This document shows positions 12,617-21,482 of a stretch of 32,000 bases of DNA, in pieces. Location of the stretch: assembly GCF_000400465.1 (NCBI RefSeq), contig NW_008806278.1, positions 292,592 to 324,591 of the forward strand, given 5' to 3'. Both the position numbers and the translations under genes were made by a program. A model generated the notes under the pieces. That model searched no databases. It was not told the origin of the DNA and was given only the letters and a program-made list of their open reading frames with translations. The number at the start of each line of letters is the position of its first letter. The stretch's first letter is position 1. The stretch is from Wallemia ichthyophaga EXF-994 (Eukaryota > Fungi > Basidiomycota).

Positions 12617-13460
12617 CCTTTTAGGTACATATATCTTAATACTACTCTGTCTGTTGATAGTTAGATACAGGACCCAGGCTGAAGGTATGAACACATTGCA
12701 GCATCAGGAATTCCATGACAGGCTGAGTAACTGGTAATGCTGGTAATGCTCAAACGCGACTTACGAGGACGTAGGAGTTGATTGATGGTATCTATAAGAA
12801 TCTGCAGATGCATATGCCATAATTGAACCAAGACTTGGGCAGTATAACTGGGCTGGGTTGGGCTGGGCTATTGGATTGGCGCTGCTTCTGACTGATTTGA
12901 AGCGCCAGAGGATATAGCTCAACCAAACAAGCTATCAAAGCTGTTTATATTCAAGTTGTACTTGTCAGATATAAGGCAGTTCCCTTGAATTGTGACTGTG
13001 CAGTTTAAGTGACAGAAAAGTTTTCAAGGACTTTCGAAACTGTCTCCAAGTAAAATACTAGTCACCGCTGAAAAATACGCTTGGTACGAGGACGTGCACA
13101 CACAAAGGGTGACGTGATAAGAGATGTTACAAGGGGTGCAAGCGGTGCAAGGGATATAAAATGTGCCAAATAAACAGTGAACAGTACACAGGGATTCGAA
13201 AGTCTCTTATCTTTTATTCCTCTCTCTCTCTTCAATACACCCACCACCGCGTAATGAGATGAACGAATTTGCGATAAACGAGGCTTTTGAAAAACTATGG
13301 CAGGGTACTGCATACGGAAAGGTGTGTTTAACTATCAATTATCTTTAAATTGCCTTTGAATTCTTATTTTCCATCAAAGAGCCACGACGCGAAGCTTATC
13401 AATAAATATCAAGATGATACAGCGAATACTTCAAATGCAATCTCAAATTCCGCTAATATT

Positions 13461-16400
13461 ATGCCACCGCCGTCGTCTAAACCACTTAATCGATTATCAT
13501 ATAAGCCAATCACACCTGCAACAACTCCAACGAACGGTTCAGATCATCAACACCACCACCAACAACAACAACAACAGCAGCAGCAGCATCTATCACAGCT
13601 AGTACCACCACCACCTCAAACAGTTTACGTGATAAATCAAGTCAATCTCACTAACTGGTACATCTTACGTAGTCTCTCCCCTAATCACCAAGTTCAAATT
13701 ATTGTCTGTGGCTATGAAGTCAATTACTCATCCCAATCTCCAAAACTCCTTCGTTTCTTTGTTCTACATCGTGTTTCTGATAATGTCTTGATTGGAAATC
13801 GTGATGATGAGATTTTCAAGATTCAACTTATCGGTATGCTCGTACAGAAAGAGTGTAGAGGTTTTCCTGATTCCGTTGACGAATTCTTCATTAGTGGGTT
13901 TCCGGCGCTATGGGAGTTTATCCTGAGTAAAGCTGATGATGATAATGCTATCGAATCACTTCTGAGAGAGAAAAGAAGCAATACAGCTGTTAGCAATCCG
14001 TTACAACTCAACTCTTACCCAAAAAGTCTATCAACCCCAGAAGATATGGAAGATGTGAAGCCAATCATTTCCCCTCGCAAGTCCAGTGCTAGCAGTCAAG
14101 ATAAGCATGTTAATAAGAAATGGTTGAATGCTTTGCTCGAGAAGGAAAAAGAAAAGCGAAGGAGGCGAGATAAAGAGAAAATCAAGGAGGAAGAAAGAGC
14201 CAGAGAGGAAGATAGAGCTAGAGCGAAAGAAAAAGCTAAAGCGAAAGAAAAAGAGGAAACTAGGCGAAGGGAAATAGAAGAAACTTGGGAGAAAGAGAAA
14301 GAGGAAGTTAAGGAGAAGGAAAGAGAGGAAGCTAAAGAGAAAGAAAAAGAGAAGGCGCGAAAGAGGATTGAGAAAGAGAAAGCTAAGGAGGAAAAAGAAC
14401 GAAGGCGCGCAAAAAAGCGTGAGAAAGAAGAGAAGCGATCAGCTGAAGCATTAGAACGTCAAACACTTGAAGAGAAGCAAAAGCAAAAGCCGAACGAAGA
14501 AAAGCAAATGCGAAAACTCAATGAAGACAAAAGTATGCGACAAGAACGAATTGGATTGTTATTTGAAAAAAGCAAAAAATCAGAGGACAAATTGCAGGAA
14601 GATGTCGATAAACGTGCTGATAAGGAGAGAAGACGGCGTACGCTTCATGATGTACTGTCTAATGATAGAGTCCCACTAGCCAGTCAATCAAGACGAAGCC
14701 TTCTTCCTGCGAAGCTAAATGACAACGCAGATGATGAAACCAAACAGACGCTATCGAAACGCGAAGCAGCAAAAACAAGAAAGAGCGAGCCAACAAAGCG
14801 CATTGATTCGGAAAGAAAGGCTAGACGGAGTGACTTGAAAGATGGTGAGTATTGTCTTAGCGCTTCATACTATTAATGTTCACTGTTTTTAGAAGCAAAA
14901 CAAAATTCCAAAGTACAGGATCCCAAACAAGCTGAATCGTTTGAACAGATACCAGCCGACCTAATGGCCAGTCAGCATCAAATTCAGTCTGTGCATCCCG
15001 ACAAAGCTAACAACAACTCGAGTCACCACGACAAGAAATCTTTAAAGCGTAGAAAGAGACGTACAGATGACAGTGATAATCTATTCGCACTCAAGCGCAA
15101 GAGGACTACAGAGGATTTACAGCTTAACGAGGATGAAGAGTATCAGCGCAAACTTAAAGAATACGAAAAGAAAGTCGAGCTAGCGTGGACAGAGGAAGAG
15201 AATCGGCGAGAGAAAGAATATGAAGCTGAAAGACAGCGTTACTTGGAGACAGAGAGGAAAAAAGCAGAAGAGGAGCGTCGCGAAAAGGAATTTGAAGCAG
15301 AAAGGCAGCGCAAGTTGGAGGTTGAGAAACAAAAAGTGGAGGAAAGAGAACGTGAAAATGAACTTAAAGCCGCAAGAAGGATGTATTTGAATGAAAGAAA
15401 GATGTATCTGGATATTGAAAGCGAGAAGTGGAGAGTAGAAGAGATTAAGCGCGTACAGCAGATTCAAGCCGATATACAGCGCGCTCAGGAGAATGATGCA
15501 TTGACAAAGGAGGAACAAAGAGAGATACAAGACGTTTATATCAAGAAGGAAATTGAGAGAAATCTGCAGCTAAGAACAGAAAGAGTAAAGGAGAGTATGG
15601 CAAGATGGTTATGGGGTCAAGGCGCAAACAAAAGAAGGGCCCATCATAACAATTACTTTAGAGGGATCTTGAATGGTGAGAAGAGGTTGGAATCAGTGGA
15701 AGCCGTCTGACAGTATACTTTAGGTATGACAAAGTCTTCAACTCGAATGGTATTGCCATCGAAGACTTTTGCACATGCTCCTGGTCAAACTATGGCTAGG
15801 CATGAAGAGACTGCGGAAGGAATGAGAAGAGTATCATGGAAACAAGTATTTAAGCCAGCTCAATATAAATATCAATTAGATAAACAGACAAACGGCGAGC
15901 AAGAGGTGTACGAGGAAAATGGTGAACACAGCGAGCACGTAGATGATGAGAGAGTTAACGAAGCGATAGAGCACCATTCGAATGGGCATGAAATTAGTTT
16001 AACTCTCATTGGAGCTGATGCAGGAGCGCAAGCTGAAGGTTCAGAGCGGGAAGTGCGAGTAGAAAGACTGGATTCAGCAGAAGATGTCCAAGTGGAGCAA
16101 GATGACGCGGTTGAAGAGCACGTTGAATTGAATCAGCAGAGTCACAAGAGTCAGAAGAGTCATAAGAGCCGGAAGAGTCGTGCGAGTCATAAGAGTCAGC
16201 AACTCGAGGAAGGCCAATATGACAAACAAGATGAAGACGACCAATCACATAAGAAAAAGACTCTCGACAGCATTGTCATTAGTGAAAGTGAGGAAGATAG
16301 CAAAGACGGAAAGTCGGGAGCAGACGCAAACTTGTTGGCGTTTTCTAGTGATGATCCATTGGAAGAAAGCACAAACAGCAGAAATGATGAAGGCTTTCGA

Positions 16401-16469
16401 GCGCAAAGTCGTGCGGAGAAATGGGCCAATTACCCAAGAAGGAGTGCACGTCATGCAAAGAGGTCGTGA
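13461..16469 (+). CDS. Large Glu/Lys/Arg-rich coiled-coil and disordered protein of unknown function, 3 exons, ~970 aa
   Basis: Three ORFs of the track (13350, 14964, 15726) join in frame through two 48-nt introns: 14845-14892 (GTGAGT..TTTAG) and 15676-15723 (GTGAGA..CTGAC..TTTAG). First ATG is at 13461; the ORF-track start at 13350 is a TTG. Confidence 0.75.
13560..13586 (+). repeat. (CAA)5(CAG)4 microsatellite encoding polyQ9
   Basis: Read directly; preceded by (CAC)3. Confidence 0.9.
16140..16199 (+). repeat. Degenerate 9-nt coding tandem repeat (AGTCAyAAG-like, about 6.5 copies) encoding S-x-K tripeptides
   Basis: agtcacaag agtcagaag agtcataag agccggaag agtcgtgcg agtcataag agtcag = SHKSQKSHKSRKSRASHKSQ. 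Confidence 0.8.
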
Positions 16470-16627
16470 CTGACGCAGACCTGCATACACAAGCTAAACA
16501 ATTGTATAAAGTATATTTATATTGCATTGAACAAATTATGGTCATAGAATAAACTAAAGAGAGGTATTATAGAATGATCTGAAGTGAGTTGTTAATAAAT
16601 GAAGAAGGAATGCACTAGAGCAGTGAA

Positions 16628-16728
16628 GCAGGTATCAGAGGGGTTTGCCCGAAGATTGCGTTGGTTGGTACGGGCCATTTCCTCAAGCTGTATCGGAAGA
16701 CCGTCGTGATAAGACATCATGTAGCTGC
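16628..16728 (-). ncRNA. snR73: Box C/D snoRNA snR73/SNORD35 (25S Cm2959 guide)
   Basis: C box ATGATGT (16720-16714). The 12-nt guide TCACGACGGTCT (16709-16698) is exactly complementary to LSU rRNA AGACCGUCGUGA and is followed by T + D' CCGA (16696-16693). The +5 rule hits the first C of AGACC. D box CTGA at 16638-16635; GCAG/CTGC terminal stem. Confidence 0.88.
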
Positions 16729-16837
16729 CGAGACTGCTCTAGAGGCAAGAAGACTTACCGAAAGCGTAAGAAAAGCGTTTGCTAGGTCTAACAGATTAAT
16801 GTTAGTAGGAATTTTAACCAATCAGTCAAATCTTCCT

Positions 16838-16922
16838 CTATTCAGAAATCCACAATAACCTCAAGGCACTTGGCTCAGAGACTCTAGTTTGATATCGCGT
16901 AGATGTAGAGTCATCCACGAGG
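16838..16922 (-). ncRNA. snR78: Box C/D snoRNA snR78 (25S Um2421 guide)
   Basis: C box TGGATGA (16917-16911). The 13-nt guide TCAAACTAGAGTC (16892-16880) is exactly complementary to LSU rRNA GACUCUAGUUUGA and is followed by T + D' CTGA (16878-16875). The +5 rule hits the U of GACU. D box CTGA at 16845-16842; short CCTC/GAGG terminal stem. Confidence 0.88.
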
Positions 16923-16992
16923 GGGACGTGACTGATGAGTGAGTGTTGCTTACACTAGCAATTGTGTTAGTATGGGTGCTTGAGATATCTCA

Positions 16993-17072
16993 GGCGACTC
17001 AGTGTATTAAAAATACAGCCTTATTAGTATCGTCATGGTGATACGCCGGTAATTAATGTCATCTTTGTCGCC
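16993..17072 (-). ncRNA. snR77: Box C/D snoRNA, probable snR77/SNORD65 homolog (18S Um578 guide, shortened)
   Basis: Terminal stem GGCGAC/GTCGCC flanks a C-like box AAGATGA (17065-17059) and a D box CTGA (17002-16999). AATTACCG (17054-17047) is complementary to the conserved 18S CGGUAAUU, and the +5 rule from a degenerate D' (CGTA) points to the U of GGU. Only 8 bp of pairing, so the family call is tentative while the snoRNA call itself is stronger. Confidence 0.55.
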
Positions 17073-17086
17073 CTCATTAAACTCAC

Positions 17087-17202
17087 TTGATTGTTAAGAA
17101 TAGAGAAAATATTCTTCAAAAAACCGTTTTATACCCAAATAAAAAATAAAAAATGTGACAAGTGAAAATATTCATCGTTGCACACAAACAATCAACTTGT
17201 AA
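17087..17202. promoter_or_regulatory. Very short divergent promoter shared by the snoRNA host (minus) and homoserine dehydrogenase (plus)
   Basis: Only 116 bp lie between the host's first donor and the HOM6 ATG. The interval contains a minus-strand TATAAAA (17133-17127) and the A-tract AAATAAAAAATAAAAAA. Confidence 0.55.
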
Positions 17203-18364
17203 ATGGTTTTATTCAACGCAGCACAATCAACTCAGAAGACAGTCAACGTCGCTTTGATTGGCCCTGGCGGTGTTGGTAGTTGTGTGCTTGAGCAGCTGTC
17301 CAAGCTCAGTCAATTCAAGCTTATAAGTATTTCAAATTCAAAGGCAACTTACTTCAATCCATCTGGCATTCCTTTTCACTCCGCCAAAGCTGATTTGTCC
17401 AAAGCCACGCCTAAATCTATCGAGAAGGAGTTAATTCCTCAGTTATCGCAGCACCAGCCATGTATTTTCATCGACAACACCTCATCCGATGCTGTAGCCA
17501 GTCTCTACCCCGTTGCTCTATCCCACGGCGTGCACGTTGTTACACCCAACAAAGTCGGTTTCAGCGCGTCCCTCAGTCTCTTCAACCACATTAGAGACGC
17601 CAGCGCTGCTAGTGGTGCGTACGCATACAAAGAGAGCACAGTGGGCGCTGGATTGCCAGTTATTTCCACTCTCGAGACACTCCTCAAGACAGGCGACAAA
17701 GTAACCAAAATCGAAGGTGTCCTCTCAGGCACCATGTCATATCTTTTCAACACCTTCTCGAAACCAGGCACCAACGACGATATCCTCTTCTCCAAGCTTG
17801 TTTCTGATGCTCGCGACCAGGGATACACTGAACCCCACCCGGCATCTGATTTGAGTGGGAGTGACGTAGCGCGCAAACTCGCTATCCTCTCGCGTCTCGT
17901 ACCAGGTCTGGAAAACCGTCTCGAGGAGGGTGTGCACAGTGTGGATGTCGAGTCACTCATTCCGCCTGGCCTCGATGGTGACACAACCCCGGAACAGTTC
18001 TTATCCGGCCTCAAGCACCACGACGCTCATTACGAGTCTCTTAGGAAGACAGCCAGCGATGCCAATAGCGTGCTGAGGTATGTGGGCGTTGTCGACACCG
18101 CTGATGGCACCGTCAAGTGTGGTTTGGAAACGTGAGTCTGGTCTTTTTGATTGAATCTCGTCACACTGCTCTCATCTCACTCTCTTCTACAGTTACCCCG
18201 CTTCTCACCCCCTCGCTTCCCTCTCGGGCTCTGACAACATCTTCCTCTTTCACACTCAACGTTACGGCGCTCGCCCTCTTATTGTCCAGGGCGCTGGCGC
18301 TGGCTCGGACGTTACAGCCATGGGTGTTGTTGGAGATTGCATCTCTATTGCCGAGAGAGTCTGA
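17203..18364 (+). CDS. HOM6: Homoserine dehydrogenase, 2 exons, 366 aa
   Basis: Exons 17203-18131 and 18193-18364 (61-nt intron). Motifs: VALIGPGGVG (NAD binding), FIDNTSS, VVTPNK, ESTVGAGLP, GVLSGTMSY, GYTEPHPASDLSGSDVARK, QGAGAGSDVTAMGV. Confidence 0.95.
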
Positions 18365-18396
18365 TTGTAGAGCGAATAAAGTTAAATAAATAATGT

Positions 18397-20188
18397 CTAG
18401 AACTCGAACAACTGAGCAACAATATCACCTTGAATACTACCAATGGCGTTTTTCTCATCGACATCAGCAATGCTATCCAATTTCCGTTTGTGTCCTCCAA
18501 ACACACCTACACTCTTACCGTCGTAAGTTGCGGGGGTGGTCTTAATCTTACGGCGAATCTCCGTATCGAACATGGTTTTATAGGCATGATCGAGAAAGTC
18601 TTCGAGAGCGAAATTAGGTTTAGAGAAGACCTGTGAAAGAATGAGAGCTAATCTGTTAACGCTGCTATGGTAGTGAGATTGGTGCGATGCGAGTTCCCAT
18701 AAGGAGCTATCTAGAGCATTCGACTGCATAGGGTCAGGTTCATCGAAGGTGTACATGTCCGCATCTACACCCTGCACTGCGCGATCTGAGTGTATGAGGT
18801 GCATGCACCCCGGATGTCTTTTGAGGAGGTTGTAAGTGAATGGGATGAGCATCACTATGGCAGCTGGGCTGGCAGAAATGGATAGGCGACTGAGACGCTT
18901 GATGAAAGCTGCAACCAGTAACGCGGGAAGGTGCGTCGAACTCAGGAACAGATCTAACATACGGAAGAATCGCGCCCTGTATAGCACATGCAACACATTT
19001 CTGTCGCATAATGCATACAACCTTTTGTAGAAATCGGGGTAGTCGCTGAGTGCAAGTTTAGTAATGATTATTTGATTATAATCACATCACTCACAGATTG
19101 TGGTCGCGCATTAATCTCCATAGCGAATTGAGGGCGAGGAGAGCATTGACACCGCCAGCATCGCAGCAATCACTCAGCCAGTCTGCCAAACTAGCTCTTT
19201 CGGATGGCTTTAGGAATGGAATGACGAGCTGGTGGAGTACTATCAACGCCCTTCTGTTCTCATTCACATCTAACCCGGTCGGACACTTTAGCATCGTCAG
19301 CCAGACACCAGAGTACATGGCTCTGTGTGCACTGAGACTTATGGTGTCGCGCACTTTGTTTTTCTTGGAGTTCTTGTCAGTTGCTTTGCTCTCCTTCTCC
19401 TCCTCCTCGTCAGCGATCATCTGGTCAAAGTACGCAGTCCAGTCTTGGTTGTCTTGTTTAGACTGCTCGAGATTTGATTCCTTGACTTGCTCCTTCTCCT
19501 GTCTAGCTATCTCAGGGACCCAAAACTCGTCGATTTCAGATTGATGTGTAGGCATAGAGTGAAGATTTTCAAGCAAAGTCAGGACATTGGAAGTGAGGTG
19601 TTTTGGACGTGGGGAGGAGACCGCATCGAACTCTCTAAAGAGGTGTATTGTTTCCTTGAAGAAGAAGTAGCGGATGTCGTCGCACTTACCAATCCACTTG
19701 TCGAGCCACTCGCTGCGTACATCGTCGAACATGGGCTTCTTATTGATGAGCAAGGGTCTAACTATTCTGCGGAAGGAATCAATAGCGAATTGTGGAGAAG
19801 GTGGGACTGTCTTGTTTGAAATGTAGGATGATTCTGTGCGTAGTAGAGACATGGAAATGTGTAGAGAGGTAATTCTCAGGCTGTGTTCTGTGGAATGAAA
19901 GAGAGTGCCTAGAGTGTTGAAAAACCTCGTGTACTTGTCCAGCAACCATTTCTTAGTGAGAGTGATGGCTTCGTTGTCGGAGGTGGATTTCAGGCCGAGG
20001 ATTCTGCCATTGACGAGGAGCGTGCTGAATACCCTCTGCAGTACAAACAGCGTCTTGTGCTTCACTCTCCCGTCGACGCCATCGGCGTTGAGATAACCCA
20101 GCAAATCTTGTATAGGGTTGAGATCACTGAGAGAAGACAGCGATCTTTCAATTTCCAGTATTTTATCTGAATTTACCCTAAAACCCAT
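18397..20188 (-). CDS. NOC4: Nucleolar complex protein 4 (CBF/Mak21 domain; 40S biogenesis), 2 exons, ~580 aa
   Basis: Exons 20188-19095 and 19045-18397 (49-nt intron) give NLDYPDFYKRLYAL, YRARFFRMLDLFLSSTHLPALLVAAFIKRLSRL, NLLKRHP and SSLWEL. ATG 20188 has A-rich context; an in-frame alternative ATG sits at 20236. Confidence 0.9.
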
Positions 20189-20234
20189 TTTGTTTAAATT
20201 TATTTGGGTTGTTGGTGGTTGGGAGAAGACACTC

Positions 20235-20869
20235 ATGTTCGCATCCACGATCAGAGCAGGCGCGAGACGCACGCAGCTGACGACAAAGGGCGGAAACAAG
20301 GATTACTACAAGGGTGGGGCGGCTTAAAGTGTGTAGATAGACTGATTCTCATTAGAGCAGGCACAAGAACGGGATATATCGATGGGTACAGGACAGGGCC
20401 AGCGGGGAGGCACGCCGGGAAATCAAACAACACGTTCATCCTCGATGATTCAAAGGCTAGAGTGTTTGTAGCACCAGCGAATTTCCACAGCGGAGAAGCA
20501 CCTCTAAAGCCCTATGTCGAACGCAGTGCACAGATCGATAAGCCTTGGTCGACGCTCGTCACTGAAAATCTCTTCAAGCAGCACAACCCCAGCGCTGATG
20601 CAGAAGATGAAGCCAGGCGGTGTCTCGAGCCTGCAACGGAATCCCTCTCGCAGTACAAAGCACTCAAGGGCGGGCTGAACAAGAAGGATGCAAGTGAAGT
20701 ACGCCTCCTTCAACGCGCTTTCGGCGCCAAGAGAGTTTCCAAACTTCTCGAAAATAGGGTGAAGGGACCTTCGAAGCACTCGAGGAAGACATACGCATCC
20801 GCCATGGATAAAATCAAGTATAGGAGGATATTGGAGAGTGTACACAGTGTACAACAGGTATCTAACTAA
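20235..20869 (+). CDS. MRPL27: Mitochondrial ribosomal protein mL41, 2 exons, 195 aa
   Basis: Exons 20235-20313 and 20361-20869 (47-nt intron) give LTTKGGNKDYYKGTRTG..GRH..FILDDSKARVFVAP..LKPYV. The N-terminus is Arg-rich and presequence-like. Confidence 0.85.
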
Positions 20870-21238
20870 TCATCATCCATTTCGAACGTTGTTTCTTGGC
20901 TGTGGTTGTTTGTGTTGCCATCCGGCTTGTTTGCTTGCGCTTGCTTGTGCTGTGGCTTCTGCTGGGGCTTGTGCTTCTGCTTAAGCTCACCCTCACCGTC
21001 ACGCGACATAGCTGCAGGGAAGTTGCTTAGCCCTAAGACGCGTTAGCTGGCAGCCATATACACCACGCCCACGCCACGTACCAGTCGGTGGTGTCTTGGA
21101 TAGTGGACTGCTCGCCAGCGACAGTAGGTCTGCCTTGGAATAGACTGTCCGCGTGCCGCCCGGTGTAGACGCGTAGAAGTTACTCCCGCGCGGTGTGTTT
21201 GCGAGGTTCAATTTGGCTTGCTTTTGTGGTATGTCCAT
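20866..21238 (-). CDS. eIF4E-binding protein of the metazoan 4E-BP family, 2 exons, 107 aa
   Basis: Exons 21238-21082 and 21032-20866 (49-nt intron GTACGT..GCTAAC..TAG). STPGGTRTVYSKADLLSLASSPLSKTPP carries the YxxxxL-phi eIF4E motif, and the C-terminus FEMDDD resembles the TOS motif. Confidence 0.88.
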
Positions 21239-21260
21239 GGGATGATGTGGATGATGTGAT

Positions 21261-21281
21261 GATGCGTGATGCGTGATGCGT
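21261..21281. repeat. (GATGCGT)3 perfect tandem 7-mer within a GAT-rich tract of the 4E-BP/dehydratase divergent promoter
   Basis: Read directly, 23-43 bp upstream of the 4E-BP ATG. Confidence 0.75.
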
Positions 21282-21482
21282 GGTGACAGCCCAAATGAAA
21301 TATAAAATAAGGGCTTTGATGTAATTGAAATTGAAATCCCAGCGTGTATTGCTTGTTTATCGTTTGCCTGGGCATTTACTATCTACTAGCGGCTACTATC
21401 TGCCTCCACCAACCAGCCGCGAATAAGGTATCTTTGGCCTATTTGAAGGTGTTTCGAAAACGACCAACGAAACGCGTAAAAT

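Larger units (their letters stand above)
16540..17110 (-). ncRNA. Non-coding, spliced snoRNA host transcript with three snoRNA-bearing introns (ends approximate)
   Basis: Minus strand: TATAAAA at 17133-17127. Intron 1 17086-16955 (GTGAGT..ACTAAC..TAG), intron 2 16953-16788 (GTAAGC..ACTAAC..TAG), intron 3 16758-16579 (GTAAGT..ATTAAC..CAG). These introns are 132-180 nt, against ~45 nt in neighbouring genes, and each holds one C/D cassette. Internal exons are 1 and 29 nt, and the first three exons contain no ATG. Confidence 0.8.

Noticed and set aside
12620-12820. Additional upstream RhoGEF exons starting MAYASADSY
   Set aside because: Joining them in frame needs a 34-nt intron and a poor GTGTTC donor; not supportable without cDNA.
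12911-12935. TAGCTCAA resembling a tRNA A-box
   Set aside because: No following GG, no B-box and no cloverleaf. No tRNA was found anywhere in the window.
16345-16545. 66-aa minus-strand ORF as a possible product of the snoRNA host
   Set aside because: It begins in the AT-rich terminal exon or termination zone, runs antisense into the neighbouring CDS, and has no protein-like features.
16643-16678. Minus-strand ATGGCCCGTACCAAC reading MARTNQ, resembling the histone H3 N-terminus
   Set aside because: Similarity ends after 4-6 residues, no histone fold follows, and it lies inside the snR73 body.
16661-16858. 65-aa plus-strand ORF (with an LMLVGILTN segment faintly like Mtd1)
   Set aside because: It starts at TTG, has no further similarity, and is the antisense of the snR73 intron and exon 3 of the snoRNA host, which explain the sequence better.
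20237-20299. Extended NOC4 N-terminus from the ORF-track start at 20299
   Set aside because: It uses a non-ATG start and overlaps the conserved mL41 coding exon; ATG 20188 has better context.
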